Positions 1 to 12,200 of a DNA stretch of 64,000 bases are shown in pieces. The notes beneath the pieces are model-generated. The model was not told the origin of the DNA. It did not search any database and worked only from the letters and a program-made list of their open reading frames with translations. This DNA is from Gracilinanus agilis. Lineage: Eukaryota. The DNA is taken from the NCBI RefSeq assembly GCF_016433145.1, contig NC_058131.1:611962698-612026697 (forward strand). The letters run 5' to 3'. The position numbers and the translations under genes were made by a program. Every line of letters starts with the position of its first letter. Within the stretch, counting starts at the first letter, position 1.

Positions 1-67
1 CTGTGATCCCTAGACTGCTCCTTGGATCTGAGCCACACTGCAGCTGCCCCTTAACCTGAAATGCATG

Positions 68-225
68 GGCAGCTTGAGAGAGAGCCAGGCCTCAAGTCAA
101 GAAGACTTGGGTTCATATCTGGCCTCAGACACTGCCTACCTGTCTCTGACTCTGAGCAAGTTACTTAATCTCAGTTGCCCAATTGAATTGACACTAAGAC
201 AGAAGGTAAGGCGTTTTTTTTTTAA
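68..225 (+). mobile_element. Marsupial CORE-SINE (MAR1/Mdo-type)
   Basis: GGGTTCATATCTGGCCTCAGACACT core and AGACAGAAGGTAAGG tail. Confidence 0.7.
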
Positions 226-532
226 ATCTAAAATGCTGTCCCTTGGCAGAGGTCCTCTCTCTTGTCTACCCTATTGGGGAATGAGCAGCAAAGCCACAAG
301 ATGGCCCATGTTCTGTCACCATACCCCAGTATGGGTCTGAGATCTCCTGCCCTGGTGACCAATTTCTCCTTACATGGTATCTCCTGGCTAGACACCATCC
401 CCAATATCCCCCACCTTCTCTGTCTCTTTATGCTGGCTTCAACTGGAAAAATGACTCATGATTTTTTCTTGAATTTCTCCATCAAGGATGCAGCATCAGG
501 AGCTTTGAGGAAAGGAGAGTTATGTCACTATT

Positions 533-1850
533 TTGTGGCCTCTGCCTCCTCTTCTCTGCATTTTTAAAAATATTTCAATTACCTTCTTTTTTGGATATCA
601 TTATTGTTCCTTATTCCCCAGCCCCACAATTAAAAACAGAAAGATTATAACAATAAGCATAGTCAAGCAAAATGAATCCACACAGTTTTCAGACTTTGTC
701 CAAAAATATGTCTCTCCTATTCTTGGTGTCCATCACCTCTGTGTCAGAAGGTGGGTAGGATGCTTTATCATAGTTCCCTAGGCCAAAGGCTGATCATTGC
801 ATTGATCAGGGTTCGTCTTTCGAATTTGTTTTTCTTCACAGTGTTACCTTCCTTATATACATTATTCTTTTTCTGTGCATTTCACACTATCCAGGTTTCT
901 CTGAAATAGTCATCTTTGTCATGTTAAAGCACAGTGATATTCTCTTTTGTTCATATGCCTCAACTGGTTTTAACTATTCTTCACCGTCTTAAGAGGCAAT
1001 CTAAGGCCCTTACCCTCACCCTTAGAATCCAGTAACTTGCTTTTCTTTTATTGGTCTCTTCATCCTATCTTCAGGATCAGGAAGTTTGTTTAACTTCCCT
1101 TCCAGTATTATCCTTCTTTAATCCACTTCCCTATTCCCACTTATCCACCTATTGAATTGATGTATTTCTACACTAGACTATGTGTTCCACCCTCTTTTGT
1201 CCATTTCTGGCAAGAGTGATTGAGGTTCACCTAGTGCCTAGTCCCCATACCCTTTCCTCTACTTCTGTACATTCTTCTCATGCATCTCAGTTATAAGAAA
1301 CATCAAGTTCCATCTCTTTTTTTCATCTTTGGTACATTAATATATTCCTTTTACCCTTCTCAAACACTCAGAACAAAACCACCTCTAGAGATCTCTGCTT
1401 TTCTTAAATTCCCTCAGTCCCCTTTAAAGACATTAAAAGTTCTAAAAAGACTCATTTTTCTTCTTCCTCCAATTAGAACATTAACATATTCTCATAAAAC
1501 TACTTCCAATTGCTCAGATAAGTTTACTTTTCTGAGTTTCTTTTGATTCATGGGTTTTACGCAGTTCTTGTCTTTTCTTTAGGATATCTTGATATCTTCT
1601 GTCCCTTTAAAGGTGTTTTTCCCCCCTATAGTTACAAATCTATATCTTCTTTCCCCCCCTATAGTTACAAATCTATATCTTCTGCTTTTTGGAATATTAT
1701 ATTTTAAGATCTTACCTTATTTATAATAAATGCCACTGTAATCCTGGTTAGGATTCCTTGGTACTTTAATTCTTTCTGATGACTTTTCCTTTTGTGATTA
1801 CTTTCAGGAGGTTTTCTCTCCAAAGGAGAGAAAAATTATAAACCAGGTAC
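533..1850 (-). mobile_element. Old L1 remnants (3' end and ORF1-like region), antisense
   Basis: T-rich reversed L1 3'-end pattern; degenerate, boundaries approximate. Confidence 0.5.
1619..1683. repeat. Tandem duplication, unit about 33 bp
   Basis: CCCCCCTATAGTTACAAATCTATATCTTCT occurs twice back to back. Confidence 0.9.
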
Positions 1851-2284
1851 TGAACTCATTGAGGAAAGGAAACCTCTGGGAATTTGTAGACAGCAGATAT
1901 TACCTAGGATTGTGATTGGTTGGTAACTATGAATAGCCTCTACTTCAAAGGAAGAGCAGTTACCAATGTAAGAAGAGATCCTGGAAGTGACAGTGGGAAG
2001 CACAGAGTAAGAAGGGAAATGATTTGGAATGAAACAGGCATTTCAGAAGGCACATTGGAAAGACCGGGTGGTGTTTGATTGAAACTTTGAGGTGGAGGAT
2101 TGAAGGGGATGGTAATAAGGAATTGGGTAATGGGATAGGGGTTGTAGAATGTTCAAGAGTGGTTCAGAGATGTGAAGGGAATGACTAGATTCAAGAATGT
2201 TCATCAACAAGTGGAGGGCACTACTCTTCCCAAAAGAGGTTGGAAATTGGGCTGGAGGTAAATGCAGCAAGAGATGGAAGACAC

Positions 2285-2990
2285 CAAACATTCTGGAAGG
2301 CAATTTGGAACTATGCCCAAAGGATGTTAAAAGACTGCCTGCCCTTTGATCCAGCCATAGCATTGCTGGGTTTATACCCCAAAGAGATCATAAGGAAAAA
2401 GACTTGTACAAAAATATTTATAGCCACTCTTTGTGGTGACAAAAAAAAATGGAAAATGAAAGAATGTCCTTCAATTGGGGAATGGCTGAACAAATTGTGG
2501 TATCTGTTGGTGATGGAATACTATTGTGCTCAGTGGAATAAAGAACTGGAGGAATTCCATGTGAACTGGAAAGACCTCCAGGAATTGATGCAGAGCGAAA
2601 GGAGCAGAACCAGAAGAACATTGTACACAGGGATGGATACACTGCGGTACAATCAAACATAACAGACTTCTCTACTAGCAGCAATGCAATGTCCAGAGCA
2701 AGGCTAAGAAAGAAAACTAGCCACATTCAGAGGAAGAACTGTGGGAGGAGAAACAGAGGAAAAACAACTACTTGAACACATGGGCTGATGGGGATATTAT
2801 TGGGGAATATAGACACTAAACGATAACTCTAGTCCAACTATCAATAATATGGAATTGGATCTTAATCAATGATACATGTAAAACCCAGTGGAATTGTGCA
2901 TTGGCCAAGGTGGTTAGGAGGGTTGGGGGAGAGGGAAAGAACATGAAACATGTAACTATGGGAAAATATTTTTAAAAAAAATTTTTTTTA
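2285..2990 (+). mobile_element. L1 3' fragment (ORF2 C-terminus and 3'UTR)
   Basis: WKAIWNYAQRMLKDCLPFDPAIALLGLYPKE...WLNKLWY...MQSERSRTRRTLY; A-rich tail. Confidence 0.93.
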
Positions 2991-2991
2991 A

Positions 2992-3555
2992 TTGGAAAAT
3001 GAGGGAATGCCCTTTGATTGGGGAATAGCTGAACAAATTGTGGTATCAGTTAGTGATGGAATACTATTGCACTAAAAAGAATAACGAACTGGAGGAATTC
3101 CATGTGAACTGGAGTGACCTCTAAGAATTGATACAGAGTGAAAGGAGCAGAACCAGGAGAACCTTATACACAAAGACTGATACACTGTGGCACAATTGAA
3201 CGTAATGGACTTCTCTATTAGCAGCAATGCAATGACCCAGGACAACACTGAGGGACATATGAGAAAGAGCACTATCCACATCCAGAGGAAGAACTGTGAG
3301 AGTAGAAACCCAGAAGAAACACAACTGCTTGATCACATGGTTCAATGGGGATATGATTAGGGATGTAGATTCTAAACAATCTCCCTAGTGCAAATACTAA
3401 TAATATGGAAATAACTCCTGATTTGATCAATGACACATATAAAACCCAGTGGAATTGCTCATTGGCTATGGAAGGGAGGTGGGAGGAAGAGAGGGAAAAA
3501 ACATGATTCATTAAACTTTGGAAAAATATTCTAAATCAATTTAATAAATAAACTT
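2992..3555 (+). mobile_element. Second L1 3' fragment
   Basis: Repeats GAACAAATTGTGGTAT...GAACTGGAGGAATTCCATGTGAACTGG and the same 3'UTR. Confidence 0.9.
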
Positions 3556-3582
3556 TTAAGAGAGAGAGAGATGGAAGATGCT

Positions 3583-4030
3583 AATGGCAATGGAATACTA
3601 TTGTGCTGAAAAGAATGATGAACTGAAGGAATTCCATATGAATTGGAAAGACCTCCAGGAATTAATGCAGAGCAAAAGGAGTAGAACCAGAATATTGTAC
3701 ATAGACTGATACTCTGTGACATAATTGAACATAATGGACTTCTCTGCTAACAGCAATGCAGTGACCCAAGACAATTCTGAGGGATTTACAAGAAAAAATA
3801 CTATCTATATCCAGAGAAAGAACTGTGGGAGTAGAAACCCAGAAGAAAAACATGTGATTGATCACATGGTTCAATGGGATATGATTGGGGTTTTAATGTT
3901 AAAAGATCACTACTGCAGATATGAATAACATGGAAATAGGTTTTGAGCAATGATACATGTATACCCATTGGAATTGCTTGTCAGCTCTGGGGGGGGGGGG
4001 TATCATGAATCATGTAACCATGGGAAAATA
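3583..4030 (+). mobile_element. Third L1 3' fragment
   Basis: ATGGAATACTATTGTGCT...AAAGACCTCCAGGAATTAATGCAGAG and 3'UTR. Confidence 0.88.
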
Positions 4031-5507
4031 TTCTAAATTTTAAAAAAAAGACATTGTCAGATGAAAGGCTCTGCTTTTTTTCTCTGAAAAGTGGAGATTA
4101 GGCAGGAAAAGAGTGAAGCAGAAGATGAATTCAAACCTGCACAGCAAGATAAAGAAGCCTTATTTATGATTTCTTGAAATATTCTAGACTTTTTTTTTAA
4201 GCATGTCTTTTAGGGAATACTGTTTCTTAAATTCTGTCCACCTGTTTTGTTCTGTACTTTCAGGTCAAATTTTTTTATACCAAATATTTTCCTTGGACTC
4301 ATTTTTCAGTCTTTTGACTTTGTTCTAATCTTTCTTGCCATCTTTTTAAGCCAGTGAATTCTGTTTCATCTATTCTAGTTTTCAGGGAATCTATTACTTG
4401 AGTAAATTTTAACATTTTCCCTTCTAAGTTATTCTCCTTTGAGTTCTTTCCTCCAGAGCTTCTATTTCATTTCTTTTTTATCTCTTATTTCATTTCTTCT
4501 GGATATTCTTGTGGTCCTTATGAAAAAAATCCATTTATTTCCTTTTGAGTTTCTGTTTGCAATCACACTTCTTTTTCTAGGAGATCTCTAAATCTAAAAT
4601 AATTTTTGATACTGGTTGGTGTTTTCCTTAATTTATTTATCTCTCCAACTTTCTTTCATAAATTGTTCCAGAATCAGATTCTGTTTCCTCCTCCTATGTA
4701 AGTATTGTGGTCAGCCCTACTTGGTTTCATGGGAGGACACTGCTTTAAATTCTACTTCCCAAATTTAGGTCTCTCTGGATCTTTGAGGTCCAAGGTCCTT
4801 TCTCTCATCTCAGGACAGTGTGTTAAGGGGCTCTGGAATCACCATGGTCCTCATCTTTTTGACTACCCTGGATTTTAGGGGAGCCTTCTGCTATTAATGC
4901 CTCTCAACACAGAACTTGGACATGAAACTGCTCATGCCTCTGATCTATCTATGCTACAGCTGATTTTGCTGGCAGCCCCCCTTTTTTTTCTAGCTGACCT
5001 CTTATGCAGTTCTAGAAAGGGAGTAGTCACTTTAGTTTCTTATTGGATTTGTTTATCATTATTCAGTCAGATGCAAACTTCAGAATTTTCCTGAAGTATA
5101 TAGGACTTGATCTATCCACTTCCCATTCAAACAAACATCTTGGCTAAAAGTTCTTGTATCAAATTTTTTATTGCCTAAGACAATGCCTTATGTAATAGGT
5201 TTCAAATTTTGGATAAATGAATTAGTCAATATTATTGTGACTTAGTGCTGTACACTAAGACTAGACATGGTCCTGGGTCTCACTGGGTACAAATAGCAGC
5301 AGTATTATCATGTGCCAGACCTTTTATATATCCTTCAAAATTAGACTTTCTTATCTATAGCTACAGCTGCTCAGTTGGAGTATGCAGTTAGGGAAGCTTT
5401 CAGGGCCTTTACTTTCAAGTGGAAGCCAAGTTAATGTTTGTTGATTCTTGTATTTATTTGATGAAGATGTTGGGAACAGAACTAACTCTCTTTCCTTTCT
5501 TTTACAG

Positions 5508-8500
5508 GACTCATTAAAGTTGCGGTATTTAATGTATCTGCCAATGCCAGGACAAGCAACAACAAAAACAACAACTATCCAGTTACCCAGGACTAGCTGA
5601 GAAATGGGGCTTTCAGACTCATGTTTGAACAGAGTTGGCCTGCAGTCGACCCAGGATGGTCTGCTCAGCACAGCTGACTGCTAAAGTGCTGCTATCAGAA
5701 GATGTCTTTTATCTTTGGTGAATGATTGGAACTTTTAAACCTCACCCTTCCCTATTCCTTCTTCCTTTTCCCACTAAACCTATTCTCCCCCCCCCCTTTG
5801 GTTGCAGGCACAGATGACCTATAAATATATTTAGTGTTTTGCCAGAATCTCTGTTGCTTTGCTCTTAAGCAGAAGAACCAGTGCCCCCTGAGAGAGCCCC
5901 TTCTGAGGGACAGGAGGATGCTGCTTTGAGCTACACAGCTCAGCACCCTCTGCAGACTTTTGAGCTTTGGGAGCATCCAGTACCTGACTGCCTAACCACC
6001 ATAAATGAAGAAGAGGCAAAAGTTTCCTAATGCCTTCTGGGGCTGTCCTGAGTGAAAGAGTGTATGTATGTGTGCGTGGCATTCTTGTGGTTTATTACCA
6101 CTTGGCATATCTGGTACATTAATCCAGGATCTCTGTTACTTCCCTTCTCTCACTTTCTTTCTCTCCTCCCTCGTCCCAGTTCTCTAACCACTTAGAAAGA
6201 AGATTTGTGAATGTCCTCAGCATGCATGAGGTAGATCAACTAGAAGACACCACACTGGAAAGGGTTAAAAATTTGTTCAGATAAAGTGTCCAGGCCAAGA
6301 TTTTGCTTCAGGTTATCCCAGTAGGAGAGTCTTTAGTGGATACTGAGCTTGTAAAAGTGGTCCATAGGAACTAGCACTCCTTACCTCCTAGGCTGGCCCC
6401 CATCTTTGTCTGCCTTTGTTTTTCTGGACACAGCAGTCTTCCTGATTCCATGTAGAGCATTGGAAGGAGGAACTGATTGCATTTCCTCTCATTAACAATT
6501 AGATGTGTAATAAAAGCAATTGTACTTCATCTTAAATCCCTCAGACTACAAAAAAAAGGTTTAGAGTGACCAGGGCCAGTCCCTTGGGTGTATTCAGCAT
6601 AACAGCTTACTTCTGCTCATATCAGGGTGCTGAGCATTCAAATGGTAACATCTTTCCTACAACTGTGAACCAAGTAGTTGAAGAAGTATTCAAGAGGGAA
6701 AAGATGATCAAGATTGCTTTGGGGCCAGTAAATGCCATCTCCCCCCTCCCCCAAATAAAATCTAATCACTTTAACTTTGTATTGCAGAATCTGCCTATGC
6801 TCTTTTCTAAACCAGGTACTTATACATAGGGTTGAGCTGCTGTAAAAGAAGATCAGGCTGAAATCTGGGAAAGAAATTTCAATTAATTGAGGGAATTGGG
6901 ATCGTATTAGCCATTCTTCCCTCTTTTCCTTTCCCTCCCCACCTATAGTCCACACAGGTTTCTCAGGCAACTAGTTGGTAATGTAAAGGAATGACCCTCA
7001 TTGGCATCCAGATGAACATGGCTGCCAGGCTGCCATGTTGGACCACATATGTGGCCCTTCACAGTGTTACCGAGGACACTGGGGATCACAGAAGTTTACA
7101 TATTCCCTGATCCCATAATGTGGAATGTGTAAACTTTTATGAACCATAAAACTGGACTCGAAACAAGAGGGACAACCAAGGCCCCACCTGTCCCTTCTCA
7201 AGTTTCTCGTTGACGCTTAGCAGGCAAATCCATAAATTCCATTTTTAATTACAGCTGGTTGAAAAAAATCAAACAGCTCCTTAGACAACACAGATAGCCT
7301 GAAAGTCAGGCAGAATTGGGAGTTTATTCCAGAGGCCCTTAGAAACCAGGTTACTGTAGAGAGGAGGCCATATAGCATGTCTCCTGGAGGTGTGTCCAAA
7401 ATGTGGCCTGAACAGACTCTGGTGATTGAGTATTGATAGAAGAACTGGATACATGTGTGTATGCTTTTCCCTTTCTCGGTATATCAACACCCTTAACATT
7501 CGTATTCCAGGGCATACGAAGAAAAATAATTTTCTAGCACAGTGACTACAAATGCTGCAAAGGTTGATTTCCTAATCAGTCATTATTAGGGTCCCTTGTT
7601 TTGGGGTGATTTTTTAGCTAATTGGTCTTTACCCATGCAGGTGAAAAAGGGGTATCCACTCCAAAATGCATACATTTCAAACACTGAAATGAAGGGACAT
7701 GGACTTGTAGTGTTTGCAAAGGTAGTATACAATAGCCATAACCCTACTAGCCTTCTACTCTATGCTGCTCTTTACTACAGAGGAGATAGTGGGTCATAAT
7801 TGGTACTCGAGGCTTGACTCAAAGCCCAGGTCCTTTTAAAGGTATGCTGTTTTCAAGACATTTCAAAGCCTATTTGGAGTACACCATAAAGAAGCTTCTA
7901 GCTTTTAATGAGATTGAGCACGAATTCAACAACTTCAGAGCTTTTAGCTCGGAGAAGGTCATTCCATGAACCATCCTCTCTGGTGATGATGGAAAAGGGA
8001 ATGAAGTTAAGTGGCCTGAAAAACTTGAATCTCACATTTCTGAGCTTTGGGGGTCATTTACCAGTGCATTGTAGAAGAAATAATCAGGTAAGTAGAAGTT
8101 CATTTCCAGAGAAGGTAAACCCCACTTACCATCTCTGCATGATTTCAACAGGAATTGATTTTCACTAATCCCCAACTGGGCTAGAATAAACATAGGGTCT
8201 GACCTTTTTAAAAAGAAAAGAGAAAAAGAACAAAGAAAGTCTCTTAACCTGTTCAAAGGAATGATGGGAAAGTAGCTAAAGAATGAAATACCTCCGTTGC
8301 AGATGTCCTCTCTGGTATCTTAACACTTTCTAAAATTCTAAATTTTAGAAAATTCCTTCTACTGAAGATGGAATGAGACTTATTGAAAAGGGGAGAGAGT
8401 ATTGGGGAGTGAGAGTGTGTATGTGTGTGTGCGCGCATGTACTTGTTCTCTTAACACAGCCTGAACTGCCTGGACAAAGGTATATCTTGCTGCAAACATG

Positions 8501-10110
8501 CATATTTTCAATACTAGAAGAACTTCTTACTTTCAAGTATGCAATTTAAAAATGGTTATAAAGGAATCCTGAAAGTAAGAGCTTATTATGCAGCTGTCCC
8601 ATGGCAAAGTTTTTTAGATAAACCCTGACCGTCTGAGAAAGATACTCTAAAGTTTAAGCAGTGACATATTCATGTCTATGGTTGTCACAAATGGGAAAAC
8701 CTTGAACCTCTTATTGAAGGGAGTCTGTAGGTGCACCGTTTTGTTCTTCTGCATGTTTCAAAACAAATTTCATCTTTTGATTTGGTATGATCAGAAGCTG
8801 AAGATGAAAAATAGAAAAAACTAGTTGACATTGATCTGATTTAACACTTGTTTTTTAAGGGAGGAAGAGATTTTTTTCAGGAGGGGAACTGGGAAAGAGT
8901 TTAAAGAACTTCTCTCCCACCCAGATTGAATTGGACATATAAGCCCTTGTAAAACTTGATTTCATATGCCTTTAGCTAAGAATTTTCTCAAGTGGAAGTG
9001 ATCTACACCTAAATCATGTGGCCTTGGGGACCTCATCTGAATCTATGGCAGCTGAGTGGCTTACAAATGGAAAGGGAAATTCCTCATGCCTTCACTCTGA
9101 CGAACCCTGCACTCTGGTCACTCTTTATTTCTTGATCAAATTCAGTTTCTGTAACTTTTTTCCCCCACATATTTGAATTCCTCATGCAGCCTGGTTATGT
9201 TAACAGGTTTACCAGGACATGAATTAGTCTCCAAAAAAAAAATGATCTCTGCCTTTCCTTTCCCTCTCCCTATTCAAACCTGACAAAGGATGCCATTGTT
9301 AGAGGTGTCAAGCCTCATCTTTGTGGGCTTCATTCAGCATATCTGAATCTATCTTCCCTCTCTCCCTGCAGCCTGTTTCACTATAATTGTACCATAAGAT
9401 CTTAGGACGCATGAGCTGAGTTTTGCATTCCTTCATATCTTTGCTCATTGCTCATATAACCAGAATTTGGGGTGCTGAGGAGAGAACGTGGTAATCCACG
9501 GTTATGGCTATCCGATTTCCAAGTGGAGTTCTGGAACCTCACTGTTGGAAGTTTAGCTCATATGACCTGAGACTTCCCAGAAAGAAGATAACTGAAAATT
9601 GTTTTCTAACCAATGCAGCTGGCAATTCAGCTTCTTTGAGTAAATAGGGCTTTTCTCTCCGACTATGAATGTCATTGTAATATTTTGCTCCACTCCCCAC
9701 CCCACCGCACTTTGCAACTCGGCACAAAAGGAACCCATGGTTTGCCAGGGTGGTGGACTTGTGCAATCACCTCGTCAACTCTGTACTGGGGGGGGGGGGG
9801 GGAATACAACCCAAACTGGTAAGAGAGTAAGCCTAGCCTAAGCTGTGGTTGAAAAGGGGGGATCAGGTAGACTGGAACTGTGAAGATGGGAGGTGTGAGG
9901 TTTCCTGGGAGATTTTGGTTTGTTAGCTCTTTGTTCTCTAGACTCACGTAACAAGTGCTTTGACTTTTGTGATTATGTTATGGTGACGTGTAGTTAATGT
10001 ACTAATATGTTCAAGAGCTAGGATCATGGTAATAGAGCGTGTTTTTTTAACTGTTTGGGGGAAAAAAGTAACTTAAATTACAAATATAAGATTAAATTGT
10101 GAATTTGCCA
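5508..10110 (+). other. BTRC: BTRC terminal exon (entirely 3'UTR); bases 1-5507 are the last BTRC intron
   Basis: Branch point CTAAC (5482-5486), pyrimidine tract and acceptor TTTACAG| at 5507. The following GACTCATTAAAGTTGCGGTATTTAATGTATCTGCCAAT... closely matches my recollection of the start of the human BTRC last exon. Synteny with POLL/DPCD fits. Few transposon remnants seen across 4.6 kb. Confidence 0.85.
6509..6514 (+). terminator. BTRC: Proximal polyadenylation signal AATAAA in BTRC 3'UTR
   Basis: GTGTAATAAAAGCAATTGTACTTCATCTTAAATC; canonical hexamer in a block resembling the human UTR (recollection). Confidence 0.55.
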
Positions 10111-10126
10111 AGTGTCTTGTCTCTTT
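10091..10126 (+). terminator. BTRC: Distal BTRC polyadenylation site (ATTAAA plus GU-rich downstream element)
   Basis: ATTAAA 10091-10096, CA at 10109-10110, then GTGTCTTGTCTCTTT. Confidence 0.65.
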
Positions 10127-11859
10127 ACCTAGCTATAGGAAGGAGAGCACAATTGAAAAATAGTACAAGTTATTTGAGCAATAATAATAATTAGGCATTC
10201 GCATATGCATGCAAAACCCTCAAGTGCCAAAAATCATTGGTGGCAATGGTCCTGGTTAAAAAGCTGGCCATCTGTACCCGATGATGCTCTCATACACACA
10301 TTTTCTCTGCATCGGAGCTGATCATCTTACCAATAGGCAAGAGAGTCCGATGAGCTTCGAAGAATGACAACACTGGAGCTCCTCTGGGCAGTTGTGATGC
10401 AATTCCTGCAAATCCCTTCTCTCTCCTCCCTGGTGGACAAAGACGACACCTCTCCTCACTGATGCTGTAAGACTGAATCTAAATGGGGAGTTCTTCTGGA
10501 CTCTGTCCTCCCTTTAGAGGAAATCACAAGGCCCCTTCCTCTTATTGCTCCCATAGGAGAGTATCCCTGGGATAATCCCCAGGGCTTTAATATCAGAGGC
10601 TAGGGAGAAGGCAGGTGCAAACCTAATGGGGATATTTCATTACTAGCCTGATGCACCTGAGCTTTGGGGTGAGTGAACTCCATTCTTCCAGCCCTATCAA
10701 TATCAAGCCCCCTTGTGCCCCAAAAAGACCAGGATCCCCAAAGCTGCCTTTGTGAAGCCCTCAACCATACTTTCTTCATTCTCTGGTCTGGGACAGCAAC
10801 CTTCCCCCTTCACAAGTGCTGCCATCATAAGCAGTGATGGGGGGAGGGGTACCTCCCCCCTCTTCCTGATTGGCTCTTACCAATTAAGAGCATTTTATTA
10901 GGCTGCTAATTAAAGGCACTTCGTTAGCAGCAGGGGAGGCTGGGTGGGTGTCTGGATGCTGATAGAGTTGCAACTGAGAGAAATTGGTTTCCTCCTCCCA
11001 TCAACCCTAGCCTCTCAGGACCCCCCTCAGTCCTGAAGCTGCTTCTTCCACCCGACAAACCCTTGGCTTTCAATTAGCAGCTCTCAGGGGAGCAAGGTCA
11101 TTATTATCAGAGCCCACCCCCTTCCCAGGCCCATGTGGACTTGGGAGAATTGGGAAACCTTTTTCATTTGAGACCCTCGGGAGGCAGAGTTGAAACTTTA
11201 GACCATGTGGTGAGAGTCAAGGAGGCTTTTCCCAGCTAGATCCAGGGGGGGCTCAATGAGGAGTTCATTCACTGCATTCCTAAATCTCTGATGTTGACCC
11301 TTCATCTCCCTCCCAGGAGCCTTTTAGCTCTCCGAGTTTTATGGGGGAGCAGAGAAGAGAATCTATGGATTCTGAGTGGGCAAAGAGAGGATGAATAGTT
11401 GCAGTCTCGGGGTCACAACTAGGGCTTCACCATTCTGTCACATCACATTGTTAGATATAGTATCATTTACATTGTTCCAGCCAGCCATAGCATCTTAGTA
11501 CCACCGAGTGCCTCCCCATTACTCAGATGGTAGTGATTGTCCTCACACTGAATTAAGAGCCCTGTCTCTGTATCTTCAACATGATATCATGGGGGGGGGG
11601 GGTCAGCGCTGGGAAATTTAAAAAGATTTACAAATGGGTATGGACAATTACATGTTCTGCCTTTCAAGGATCCCAGCTGACTGCTGGGGGATGCTCTGGA
11701 GAGCACCCTGTGGGTGCTACCCCATGGGAGGGCAGGAATCAGTTGTGATCAAGGGCATTGACACCAGCAATTGAGGGTCACCCCGAGGACAGCCCCACCC
11801 CCCCTCCTCCCCCACCCACCCCCCACTACCACCACTTAGCTGCAGTTAGCACCAGGGAG

Positions 11860-12200
11860 CTGGCCTGGGAGGACAGATTTATGGCCAAGCCTAGCTCTCT
11901 CTGTTTAACCCGCAGCTGACTTGGGCTGCAGACACTAAATTAGATTGTTGACAATTAGAGAGACTAATGGGAGCTTGGCCGTCCCCGGAGCCAGATAGCC
12001 CAGCAAGGCCATCCTTTAATAACCACCGATCATAGGCAGGAAGCCCCACACACTCACCCTCGCTCCACTACAGGCACACTCACGAGCCCAGCCGAGCCTC
12101 ACTCCGAGAGGCCGGGGCCTCAGCTTCCGCATTCACAGCCCCACAAATCGCCACTCCCTCTTCACTTTGATCCCCAACTCTTCCCCCATCAAAGCTGTGT
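11860..12200. promoter_or_regulatory. Candidate developmental enhancer
   Basis: AGATTTATGG, TTGACAATTA, several TAAT cores, inverted TCF/LEF pair CTTTGAT...ATCAAAG. Confidence 0.5.
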
